A DNA stretch of 64,000 nt from Bacillota bacterium. GTDB lineage: Bacteria > Bacillota > Dethiobacteria > DTU022. Made by a program: the position numbers and the translations under genes. Location of the stretch: positions 8,240 through 72,239 of the forward strand of contig JAKOVL010000079.1 in the NCBI GenBank assembly GCA_029782095.1. Reading direction: 5' to 3'. The notes under the pieces are model-generated. The model saw only the letters and a program-made list of their open reading frames with translations. It did not search any database and was not told the DNA's origin. Below are positions 36,619 through 44,915 of this stretch, one piece after another; position 1 is the stretch's first letter, and the number at the start of each line of letters is the position of its first letter.

Positions 36619-38670
36619 ATGGATAGATTGGCAGATTTAATCATCAAGCAAAAAAAGAAAATACTGGTTATATTCATTGCCGCCGCCCTGGTTAGTGCAG
36701 CTTTTCTACTGTTTGTCAAGGTCAATTACAACATGGTTGACTATCTTCCGCCTGATGCCCAATCCACAGCCGCGCTAGAGATAATGCGGGAAGAGTTCAC
36801 GGAGGCAATGCCCAATGCCAGCGTCATGATTAAAAATGTATCCATCATGGAAGCCATGGCCTACAAACAGAAGCTATCTTCTTTAGACGGCGTCACCGCA
36901 GTTCTCTGGTTGGATGACATCATGGATATTCAGCAGCCGCTGGAGAAAGGCGACGCCGGGACCATCGAAAGATTTTATCAAAACGGTAATGCCCTGTTTT
37001 CTGTGACCATTGCCAAGGGGATGGAGCAGGAAGCTGTTGCCGCCATACGCAGGATTATTGGCCCAGAAAATGCCCTTGCCGGCGAAGCGCCCGACCTGGC
37101 TGCCGTTCAGCAAGCGGCGAAAACGGAAGTGCTCAAGGCCCTGGCCATTCTGCTGCCCCTGATCATTCTGATCCTTACCCTATCAACCACCTCGTGGATT
37201 GAGCCGCTCATCTTTCTGGCCACGATCGGTATTGCTATTTTGCTTAACATGGGAACAAATATCTTCTTAGGTGAAATCTCCTTTATTACGAATGCGGTAA
37301 GCCCCATTTTGCAGCTGGCCGTGTCATTGGACTACGCCATCTTTTTGCTGCACAGCTTTGCCGACAACCGAAAAAAATACGCTGACATAGAAGAAGCCAT
37401 GCGGCGCTCGATTAAGGCATCACTGTCCACCGTCGCCGCCAGCGCCGCCACCACTTTGTTTGGATTCTTAGCCCTTGTATTTATGAACTTCCAGATCGGG
37501 GCTGATTTGGGCCTTAACCTGGCCAAGGGGATTATCCTCAGCTTCATCGCGGTTATGGTTTTCCTGCCTGCCCTCACACTGAGTATCTATAAGCTGATCG
37601 ATCAAACAAAACACCGCGCCTTGATGCCCGATTTTCAAAATATCCATAGATACCTGTCCCGGCTTGCCGTCCCGGTGGTGATTATGGTTGTGGTTCTGGT
37701 TGTTCCCAGCTGCCTGGGGCAAGGCCGGACCGACTTTATCTATGGAAACGGAAGCATAGATGTCAACAGTCTAAACGGGCGGGACAGCATGGCCATAAAA
37801 GAAGAGTTTGGCCAATCCACGGCCGTAGCCCTGCTGGTGCCCCGCGGCGACATGGTCAAAGAGCAGGAGCTTTGCCGGGATATTGAACAGCTCGATCATG
37901 TCACCGGTGTAATGGCGTATGCAACCGCGGTTGGCACGGCCATCCCGCCTGAATTCCTTGACGAGGAGATCACAGGGCAGTTTTACTCGGAAAACTACGC
38001 CCGCATTGTGGTTTACACCGCTACGCCCGAAGAAGGCGACACGGCATTCAAAACCGTGGAGAACATCCATGACAGGGCAGAATTTTATTACGGGGACACC
38101 TTCTATTCAGCCGGTCAAAGCGCCAACCTGTACGACATGAAAAACGTGATCCAAAAAGACAATGTCAGGACCAACGCGATTGCCACCATCGCCATTTTTG
38201 CTGTTTTATTGATTACCTTCAAATCGGCAGCGCTGCCGTTCTTATTGCTGATGACCATCAAAGCGGCGATCTGGATCAATTTGGCCACCCCGTATTTTAC
38301 CGGGACAGCGATCAATTATATCGGCTACCTGGTCATTAATACGGTGCAATTGGGCGCTACGGTTGACTATGCGATCCTGTTGACGAATCACTACCTGGAA
38401 AACAGGAAAGAGAGACCCAGGCGGGAGGCGATCAGCAAAACTCTCGGTGATACATTCAAGTCCATACTCGTTTCGGCGGCAACCCTGGCGACGGCAGGTT
38501 TTACTCTCTCTGTGACGTCGTCAAATCCCATTATCTCCGATCTGGGCCTGCTGCTGGGCCGGGGGACGCTGCTCTCCTTTCTGCTGGTCATATGCTTCCT
38601 GCCGGCCATGTTGACCATGCTTGACCGGGTCATCGCCAAAACCACGTATAAATCAGAGTTCTATGACTGA
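36619..38670 (+). CDS. MMPL/RND-superfamily membrane transporter
   Basis: About 683 aa from the ATG at 36619 (RBS GGAGG). Two blocks of 5-6 TM helices are each preceded by a soluble loop, as in the YdfJ/MmpL family. Confidence 0.8.
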   Translation: MDRLADLIIKQKKKILVIFIAAALVSAAFLLFVKVNYNMVDYLPPDAQSTAALEIMREEFTEAMPNASVMIKNVSIMEAMAYKQKLSSLDGVTAVLWLDDIMDIQQPLEKGDAGTIERFYQNGNALFSVTIAKGMEQEAVAAIRRIIGPENALAGEAPDLAAVQQAAKTEVLKALAILLPLIILILTLSTTSWIEPLIFLATIGIAILLNMGTNIFLGEISFITNAVSPILQLAVSLDYAIFLLHSFADNRKKYADIEEAMRRSIKASLSTVAASAATTLFGFLALVFMNFQIGADLGLNLAKGIILSFIAVMVFLPALTLSIYKLIDQTKHRALMPDFQNIHRYLSRLAVPVVIMVVVLVVPSCLGQGRTDFIYGNGSIDVNSLNGRDSMAIKEEFGQSTAVALLVPRGDMVKEQELCRDIEQLDHVTGVMAYATAVGTAIPPEFLDEEITGQFYSENYARIVVYTATPEEGDTAFKTVENIHDRAEFYYGDTFYSAGQSANLYDMKNVIQKDNVRTNAIATIAIFAVLLITFKSAALPFLLLMTIKAAIWINLATPYFTGTAINYIGYLVINTVQLGATVDYAILLTNHYLENRKERPRREAISKTLGDTFKSILVSAATLATAGFTLSVTSSNPIISDLGLLLGRGTLLSFLLVICFLPAMLTMLDRVIAKTTYKSEFYD

Positions 38671-38715
38671 TTAAACTGGGGAAATATAATGATCGATTAC
38701 CAGGAGGGACCGCAA

Positions 38716-40563
38716 GTGAGATGCAAAGTATTTAAGCCGGCAATTTCAGTGTTTTTAGCTGCCGCCTTGCTGATGGCTTCCCTGAGCCTTTCCACCGCGG
38801 CGCTGGGAAACTCAGATTCAGCCCTGGATGACAGCCAGCAAGAAGCGGCAATTCTCAATAAAAATGAAGTAATCTATGCCACCCTCGCTGCAGACGGAAC
38901 CGTTAAGGCCGTCTACGCGGTAAACCATTTTGAAGTGTCGCAGCCGGGCGGCATCACAGATTATGGTCACTATGAGTCCGTGGTAAATTTAACCAACACC
39001 ACAACATTGAAGCATTATGAAGATGCCGTTTCATTTCAGGCTGATAGGGGGAATTTTTATTACCAGGGCAATATGACCACCACCGATCTCCCCTGGAGGT
39101 TCGACATATCCTACTATTTGGACGGTGTGAAGACAGCGCCGCAGGAGATTGCGGGAAAATCCGGCAACCTGGAAATCCGGGTAGCCACCGCGCCAAACGG
39201 CAACATAGATCCCGTTTTTTATGATCACTATATGCTGCAGGTCTCTTTAACGCTGGATGCCGATAAATGCACCAATATCGAAGCACCGGACGCCGTGATG
39301 GCCATTGCGGGAAAAAACAAGGTTATAACCCATACGATTATGCCGGGAAGAGATGGGGACATCCGGGTAGCTGCTGCGGTAAAAGATTTTACCATGGGCG
39401 GCCTGGAAATTTCCGCCGTGCCTTTTGCCCTGAACATGGACCTGCCGGAAGCGGATGAGCTGTTCGATGATTTTCAAAAGCTTTCTGACGCCATTTCTGA
39501 ACTGAATGACGGCGTGGGGGAGCTGGCCAGCGGTGTGGCCGGCTTGAAAAAGGGAGCGGGCCAGTTGAAAAAGGGTTCGGCCGGCATCATGGAAGGCCTG
39601 GCGCAGCTGGACGGCGGCGCCAGGGAGATTTCCGGGGCATCGGAAGAAATTAAAGAAGCCTTGTCAAAGATCGCCTCTTATCTCGACGGCGGTTCAGCCG
39701 GGATTTTTGATCCGGGCGACCTGGCCCGGCTGCCACAGGCCTTGTCAGGCCTGGCCCAGGGTCTCCAGGAGATCTCCGGCGGCCTGGTGAAGCTGAAAAA
39801 CAACTTTTCAACAGCCCACATGGCGCTTGAGGCAGCCATTGAGGGTATTCCCGGCACAATTATCACGGAAGAAGAAATCGCGGCCCTTTATGCGCATACA
39901 GACCCGGGCCAGCATGATATACTGGCCCGGCTTGTTGCTGCCTATGCCCGGGGGTTGACCGCCAAGGGTACCTATGACCAGGTCAAGGAGGCATTTGATG
40001 CGGTAGGCCCAGCCGCCGATACTTTTGCCGGATCCGCGGCCATGATTTCCGGGACGCTGGAAGCCATGGCCGGGAATATTGAGGAGGCCCTGTCCAGTTT
40101 AGATCTGGAGCAAATTGAGCAGCTCGTCTCTGGATTAGTGGAACTTTCGGCCAACTATGCCGTTTTCCACGCCGCGCTAACCGCCTACCTGGGCGGTGTA
40201 GAGGAACTGGCCGCCAGCTATGCCGGGTTCGATGCGGGCTTCTCTACTTTTAATAAGGGCATTGCTGAGCTGCATGATGGCGTGGCTGAGCTGCACGACG
40301 GCACAAGCCTGCTCCATCGCGAAACGGCGGACTTGCCCGGCACGATTCAATCCGAAATCGATGAGCTGCTGGAACAATTTGGCGAAGGAGAGTTTGAACC
40401 GGTCTCCTTTACTTCACCGAAAAATAAGCACACCGGTTTCGTGCAGTTTGTCATCACCAGCGAGAAAATAGAAAAGGAGGAAGAGACGAAGGAGCTGCCG
40501 GGCGAGCCGGAAAAAGATACCTTTTGGGATAGGCTCCGGGCCTTGTTTGGAGGCAAAGGCTAA
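38716..40563 (+). CDS. YhgE/Pip-like protein with X-X-X-Leu-X-X-Gly heptad repeats
   Basis: N-terminal signal/anchor. Central repeats LNDGVGELASGVAGLKKGAGQLKKGSAGIMEGLAQLDGGA... and a later IAELHDGVAELHDGTSLL. The GTG at 38716 lies 8 nt after GGAGG. Confidence 0.7.
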   Translation: MRCKVFKPAISVFLAAALLMASLSLSTAALGNSDSALDDSQQEAAILNKNEVIYATLAADGTVKAVYAVNHFEVSQPGGITDYGHYESVVNLTNTTTLKHYEDAVSFQADRGNFYYQGNMTTTDLPWRFDISYYLDGVKTAPQEIAGKSGNLEIRVATAPNGNIDPVFYDHYMLQVSLTLDADKCTNIEAPDAVMAIAGKNKVITHTIMPGRDGDIRVAAAVKDFTMGGLEISAVPFALNMDLPEADELFDDFQKLSDAISELNDGVGELASGVAGLKKGAGQLKKGSAGIMEGLAQLDGGAREISGASEEIKEALSKIASYLDGGSAGIFDPGDLARLPQALSGLAQGLQEISGGLVKLKNNFSTAHMALEAAIEGIPGTIITEEEIAALYAHTDPGQHDILARLVAAYARGLTAKGTYDQVKEAFDAVGPAADTFAGSAAMISGTLEAMAGNIEEALSSLDLEQIEQLVSGLVELSANYAVFHAALTAYLGGVEELAASYAGFDAGFSTFNKGIAELHDGVAELHDGTSLLHRETADLPGTIQSEIDELLEQFGEGEFEPVSFTSPKNKHTGFVQFVITSEKIEKEEETKELPGEPEKDTFWDRLRALFGGKG

Positions 40564-40591
40564 GCATAACCACGCTGCCATTTTAAATCTC

Positions 40592-40700
40592 CTCCCGGCT
40601 CGGGCTGTCATCGCAATTTCCAGGGTGGAAAACCAGCAGTCGTTTGCGGCAAGCTTTTTTGCTAACAATGGGGCTGTCCCAAAAGGGCAGCCTTTTTTGA
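40592..40700 (+). repeat. Direct repeat S2 (right boundary of the cassette), including a rho-independent terminator
   Basis: ATCGCAATTTCCAGGGTGGAAAACCAGCAGTCGTTTGC...GCTAACAATGGGGCTGTCCC-aaaa-GGGCAGCC-TTTTTT is homologous to 35596-35700. Confidence 0.7.
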
Positions 40701-40745
40701 GACAGCCCCATCGGGAGACGGGGAAGGGGAGCCTGCTGACCTGGC

Positions 40746-40922
40746 ATGGCCGGGAAAAGTTACGCCCCCCCACCCTGCCCTCCCCCACGAGGGGGGAGGG
40801 GCCGTCAGCGGCCAGTTTTTTTGTATAAACGGGCCCCGGTGTGTCAGCGGTCATTCCCTCTCCCCTGGCGGGAGAGGGTTAGGGAGAGGGGGAGAGGGAG
40901 TCTTGCACCCTGGCTTTGGCCT
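40746..40922 (-). repeat. Composite GC-rich palindromic repeat, locus C (inverted orientation, one full unit)
   Basis: The reverse complement reads GGCCAAAGCCAGGGTGCAAGAC, type II hairpin, spacer, type I hairpin, GTAACTTTTCCCGGCC. This matches the linker and modules of locus A (9321-9488). Confidence 0.85.
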
Positions 40923-40924
40923 GG

Positions 40925-41561
40925 TGCGAGGAGGCGATCCAGCGCGTTTATTCTCAGGGCTTTACGGTGCCGATGCGATGCTGAAAGATGCGGGGTTTGC
41001 TGTAAAAGCCGGCTTCGGCGCGATTTACCAACAGGCTGCCCAGGTGCTGGCAGAGAATACATTTCAGAATTTGGATAGGGTGGTGCAGCTCATCGGCCAG
41101 CGCACAGAAAGCATTTATCGCGACCTGGCGCTAGAGAATATCCGCGGTAGCGTGGTGGGCTATGATACCTGGAAATAGGTAGCCGAGCGTTACCGGGAGC
41201 AGTTGGCCGAGCACGGGGTCACCGGCTTCCAGGACGCGGCCGGCCGGCAATGGAACATGCGGACCTACGCGGAGATGGTGGCCAGGACCAGCACGATGGA
41301 AGCCCACCTGCAGGGCACGGCAAACCGATTGTGGAACTCGGCCACGACCTGGTCAAGGTGAGCCGCCACGTTGGGCCCTGTGAAAAATGCGCCCCGTGGG
41401 AAGGGCAGATTTTGAGCTTAACCGGCAAGACGCCAGGTTACCCGACGCTGGAAGAGGCGCGGGATGCCGGGCTGTTTCACCCGAATTGCTATTCAAAAGA
41501 TACAGAAGTATATACGGACAAGGGATGGCGGTTATTCAGTGAATTGTCGGGAGACATTTGA
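40925..41561 (+). pseudogene. Phage head morphogenesis protein (Mu F / SPP1 gp7 family). It is 5'-truncated and carries an in-frame TAG and a frameshift.
   Basis: Frame 1 reads ...RDLALENIRGSVVGYDTWK-TAG(41177)-VAERYREQLAEHGVTGFQDAAGRQWNMRTYAEMVARTSTMEAHLQGTANRL. After a frame change it continues ELGHDLVKVSRHVGPCEKCAPWEGQILSL...AGLFHPNC, the conserved MuF C-terminal block. Confidence 0.75.
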
Positions 41562-41796
41562 GCGTGCTTTGGGGTATACTAAAGATAATTACCAAGATTT
41601 GATAGATGAAATTTATGAAAATCTTCCTCATTATCATGCCGTCTATAAAGGAAGTAATCAATATGGCGACAAATATGAGGTGGTCATGGATATAACGGGT
41701 CCAAATGGGAAAACAGCCAAGGTATTGACAGCATGGATTGTTTATAAAGACGGGAGAGTGCAGTTGGTGAGTGTTTATGTCACAGATTATAATTAA
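41464..41796 (+). CDS. DUF6883-like domain protein (the N-terminus looks truncated or fused to the upstream remnant)
   Basis: ...FERALGYTKDNYQDLIDEI.......SNQYGDKYEVVMDITGPNGKTAKVLTAWIVYKDGRVQLVSVYV matches the DUF6883 pattern as recalled. The stretch is AT-rich relative to the core genome. Confidence 0.5.
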   Translation: MPGCFTRIAIQKIQKYIRTRDGGYSVNCRETFERALGYTKDNYQDLIDEIYENLPHYHAVYKGSNQYGDKYEVVMDITGPNGKTAKVLTAWIVYKDGRVQLVSVYVTDYN

Positions 41797-41959
41797 GGAA
41801 TTTGATGTTGTTAGGCTTAAAGATGGACGCAAAGGTACGGTGGTTCATATTTATGATGAACCTGGACTTCCCATTGCTTATGAAATTGAATTCGGCTCAA
41901 AAATGGAATTGGAAACAATAGAAGCTGAAAAGGTAGACAAAGTGATATGGACAGCATAG
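41777..41959 (+). CDS. DUF4926-like small protein
   Basis: MSQIIIKEFDVVRLKDGRKGTVVHIYDEPGLPIAYEIEFGSKMELETIEAEKV matches the DUF4926 pattern. It overlaps the DUF6883 stop and is followed by a hairpin plus T-run (41958-41998). Confidence 0.55.
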   Translation: MSQIIIKEFDVVRLKDGRKGTVVHIYDEPGLPIAYEIEFGSKMELETIEAEKVDKVIWTA

Positions 41960-41977
41960 AAAGCATCTGAAGAAAAA

Positions 41978-42307
41978 TCAGGTGCTTTTCTTTTTGGGTT
42001 TTTCAGGCTCTACCAAAATCCCGTAAATGGATGGATCATTGAAACGTATGGGAATAAGGTAATGACGGCTTGGATAACAGTAACACCCTTGTTCCGGCAC
42101 CCAGACGATATTACCCATTCTTGGCTTTGTGCCCGGGCGGGGAATATACCAGTGACCGCACTCTTTCCAGAAAAGCCGAGTATGTTTCTTTCCGAGACGG
42201 ATTAATGTCGGAATCATTTTCTGCTGATAGATTAAACCAAGCCGATGATTGATACCGACATGGACGGACAATTCGTCCTGGGGTATGTACCATTCAAAAT
42301 CAGTCAT
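41978..42307 (-). CDS. Hypothetical protein (about 109 aa) in the AT-rich phage remnant
   Basis: The ATG at 42307 lies 7 nt after AGAGGTG. No family recognised. Confidence 0.35.
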   Translation of the reverse strand: MTDFEWYIPQDELSVHVGINHRLGLIYQQKMIPTLIRLGKKHTRLFWKECGHWYIPRPGTKPRMGNIVWVPEQGCYCYPSRHYLIPIRFNDPSIYGILVEPEKPKKKST

Positions 42308-42440
42308 AACAAACACCTCTGGTAGGAGTATTCGCCAGAGGTTTTGTTTTGCCCTTCTTTAGTATTGTCAGGGTATAAAGAGACAAGAACCCGAAATCGG
42401 CACTAACCGGTATAAAAAAGTATGGAGGGAGACTTAACAG

Positions 42441-43070
42441 ATGGATTGGCTGAAGGAGTTATTGAAGAAAGCCGGGATTGACGAGGCGAAGCTGGACGGG
42501 CTGATTGGGGATAGCAACAAGGAGCTTCCGAAGCACTTTATCCCCAAGGACAAGTATAATGAGGTCGCGGAAACCAGAAAAAAGCTGGAGACGGACCTTG
42601 CGGCTCGTGACCAGCAGCTGGAGCAGCTGAAACAGGCGGCCGGCAACAGCGAGGAGCTCAAAAAGCAGAACGAGCAACTGCAAGCCGAAAACAAGCGAGC
42701 TGCTGAAGAATGGCAGACGAAGATGGCCCAGCTGCAGCTTGACTTTGCGCTGGAGCGGGCCTTAACGGCGGCCAAGGCCAAGAACCCGAAGGCCGTCAAA
42801 GCGCTGCTGGACATGGAGAAAGTGAAGCTCGACGGTGAGCAGCTGCTGGGTCTGGAAGAGCAGCTCAAGGCAATCAAGGAATCAGATCCGTATCTCTTCG
42901 GCGATTCGATTCCCGGCAAAGTAGGTAGCGGCACCAATCCGCCGGGTGCCGGGAACCCCGAAGTGAACCCGTGGAAGCCGGATACGTTCAACCTCACGCT
43001 GCAGGGCAAGATCCTGCGCGAGGATCCGGCGAAAGCAACACGGATGAAAGCAGAGGCGGGAGTTAAATAG
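42441..43070 (+). CDS. Phage scaffolding protein (GP20 family)
   Basis: MDWLKELLKKAGIDEAKLDGLI......LPKHFIPKDKYNEV....KLE..L..RD.QLE.LK is the typical Phage_GP20 N-terminus, followed by a coiled coil. RBS GGAGGGAG. Confidence 0.75.
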   Translation: MDWLKELLKKAGIDEAKLDGLIGDSNKELPKHFIPKDKYNEVAETRKKLETDLAARDQQLEQLKQAAGNSEELKKQNEQLQAENKRAAEEWQTKMAQLQLDFALERALTAAKAKNPKAVKALLDMEKVKLDGEQLLGLEEQLKAIKESDPYLFGDSIPGKVGSGTNPPGAGNPEVNPWKPDTFNLTLQGKILREDPAKATRMKAEAGVK

Positions 43071-43156
43071 TTCAGGATGAACTGCTCGATGACCGGAACC
43101 CGCTGACCCCGCGATGCGCGGGGGAGGGCTTTTTTTATTCCGAAAGCTAAAAATTA

Positions 43157-43190
43157 AAGCCCGCTCTCATAAGCGGGCTTTAGCCTCTTC
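43157..43190 (-). terminator. Hairpin terminator downstream of tRNA-Leu (minus strand)
   Basis: AAAGCCCGCT-ctcata-AGCGGGCTTT. The minus-strand reading is followed by AATTTTTAG. Confidence 0.6.
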
Positions 43191-43224
43191 GCGGATAAGT
43201 TCCGCAAAAAGGTGCGCATAATTA

Positions 43225-43309
43225 TGGTGTCGGGAGGGGGACTTGAACCCCCACGGTTTGCACCACACGCCCCTCAAACGTGCGCGTCTGCCTGTTCCGC
43301 CACCCCGAC
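43225..43309 (-). tRNA. tRNA-Leu, anticodon GAG, with encoded CCA
   Basis: The reverse complement folds by hand. Acceptor GTCGGGG/TCCCGAC, D-arm GCG-GAACAGGCAGA-CGC, anticodon stem CACGT/GCGTG with loop TT-GAG-GG, a long variable arm, T-arm GGGGG-TTCAAGT-CCCCC, discriminator A and CCA. 85 nt. Confidence 0.9.
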
Positions 43310-43334
43310 AGGTCTCAATCAATTAGCAACTAGG

Positions 43335-43363
43335 ATTATAAGGGTTTCCGGGGTTGCTGTCAA
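43335..43363 (-). promoter_or_regulatory. Consensus sigma-A promoter driving tRNA-Leu
   Basis: The minus strand reads TTGACA (43363-43358), 17-nt spacer, TATAAT (43340-43335), about 25 nt upstream of the tRNA 5' end. Confidence 0.8.
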
Positions 43364-43457
43364 GTTATGCGCACGCTGTTTTTGCTCAAGAACAGGAATC
43401 CATGGTTATTTTATTGTATAATTAAAAAAATGGTAAAAGTTTGGGGAGGTGGCGCCA

Positions 43458-44900
43458 GTGCCATTTGTTATAGATGTGTACCTTTCGGCCGGGCGGGCCG
43501 AGGCGGTAGCCGGGCTGGCCCTGGCTTTGACCGGGCGGAAAAGAAGGGGCTTTCCCGGCAAGCGACAGCACGAGGAGCTGGAAGTGCTGGGGCGCTTTTC
43601 GGTGCCGCTGCGCACGGTAACCTGGGACAAGGGTGACGGAGCGTGCACAGCCCTGCTGGTAGACCCGCAGGGCCTTCTGGGCGGTTCTATTCGATTTGAT
43701 CTCCCACCCACAATCCCCGGAGCGGAACTCAGGGAAGAACTGGGCGAAGAAGATTTTATTGCTCTTTGCCGGCAGCTGACCAGGGATGCTGCCGGTTATG
43801 CTGCTGAAATTTTTGAAATTTCCGGCCTGGTTGCCGAACCGGCCCAGGTTATGCCGCTCCTTGAAAGCGGGGAGGCGGAAGGGCAGCAGGCGGAGCTGGA
43901 CCAGGTTGTTGAGGCTGCACAGGTTCTAGAGCAACTGCGCCGCAAGGTGGGCGAATATGAAAGCGCTGCCGCGGCCTGGACTGAGTTAAAGCAGCGCTTT
44001 CTGGCTTTCCGTGACCGGCAGGTTGAAAAAATCAAGGCTGCCGCTGAAGAAGACAGGTTGGCCGGTAGCAAGTCGTTAGAAGAACTGCAGCAGCAGGTAA
44101 AGGCCGCCATTGCCTCCAGGAGCCAGGAGATCGAGGAAGAACGGGAAAAAGCGAAGCAGGATTATCAAAAGCAAAAAGAGTTGCTGCAATCGGAGATAGA
44201 TCGTTTCCGCCAGCAGTATCAAGATACGGGGGAGGAATACTGGCGGGATAAGCTTAAGAACGAAGAGCAGGGCCTGGCGGATCTTGAAAAGAAGCTAACG
44301 GCAACACTCGAACATTTGCACAAGGAAGAAAGCAAGTTTTTGGAGAGCCAGCAGGAACGGATTAAACAATTTATAGCCGCAGGGGAGAAGCGCCAGGCCG
44401 CCTTTGAGCAGCGGTTGAAACTGATAAACGGCGCCGTGACGGAGCTGGAGGATAGTGTGAATAAGCGGGTGGAGCGGTTAAAGGAGCAGTATAAAAAGGC
44501 CGCAGCGTTCACGGTAAGCCTCCCCCCTGAACAGGGCGACGGGGAATATGCCATGGTCTTCTTTGCCGCCCGCTATAAAAGCGGACGCTGGGCGGTTTTT
44601 CCGCCCCAGCGTTTCGGGCAGCGGGGTGTCAGGGGGGCGTTGTCCGGGCTGTTGGGCAGGGCTAATCTACCTTTCCGTCCCGCCGCGAAGGCGGGAGAGG
44701 CGATGGCTTCACGGTTGCAGGCCATGCTGCCCGGATTACCCCTGGAGAAAAAGCTGGTTGAGCATAACCTGCTGCTAAACCCCGGTTTTATCAGCGATGC
44801 CAGGGCAGGCCTGGCCGAGCTAATCGACCAGGGTGAGATTAACAAAAAATATGCCAGCCTGTTCAACGCTTTTGATCCCGGAGCGCTAAAAGATCCGTAG
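43458..44900 (+). CDS. Hypothetical protein with a long central coiled coil (about 480 aa)
   Basis: The GTG at 43458 lies 8 nt after GGGGAGG. It has an N-terminal globular region of about 140 aa, a heptad-rich E/K/Q segment of about 210 aa, and a C-terminal region of about 120 aa (YAMVFFAARYKSGRWAVFPPQRFG...). No family recognised and no TM helix. Confidence 0.6.
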   Translation: MPFVIDVYLSAGRAEAVAGLALALTGRKRRGFPGKRQHEELEVLGRFSVPLRTVTWDKGDGACTALLVDPQGLLGGSIRFDLPPTIPGAELREELGEEDFIALCRQLTRDAAGYAAEIFEISGLVAEPAQVMPLLESGEAEGQQAELDQVVEAAQVLEQLRRKVGEYESAAAAWTELKQRFLAFRDRQVEKIKAAAEEDRLAGSKSLEELQQQVKAAIASRSQEIEEEREKAKQDYQKQKELLQSEIDRFRQQYQDTGEEYWRDKLKNEEQGLADLEKKLTATLEHLHKEESKFLESQQERIKQFIAAGEKRQAAFEQRLKLINGAVTELEDSVNKRVERLKEQYKKAAAFTVSLPPEQGDGEYAMVFFAARYKSGRWAVFPPQRFGQRGVRGALSGLLGRANLPFRPAAKAGEAMASRLQAMLPGLPLEKKLVEHNLLLNPGFISDARAGLAELIDQGEINKKYASLFNAFDPGALKDP

Positions 44901-44915
44901 CCGCCCTTGAGCCGG

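Noticed and set aside
41541-41561. The Hint-like peptide after HPNC considered as an active intein inside the MuF gene.
   Set aside because: Only the first roughly 22 residues of a Hint-like block are present before a stop, and no downstream splicing blocks are visible. It is therefore at most a fragment, reported only as part of the decayed toxin-module hypothesis.
43225-43309. Search for a duplicated tRNA-Leu 3' segment (attL/attR) marking prophage boundaries.
   Set aside because: I could find no second copy of the tRNA 3' end (GGGGGACTTGAACCC...) anywhere in the window by eye. The prophage borders therefore cannot be defined from this sequence.
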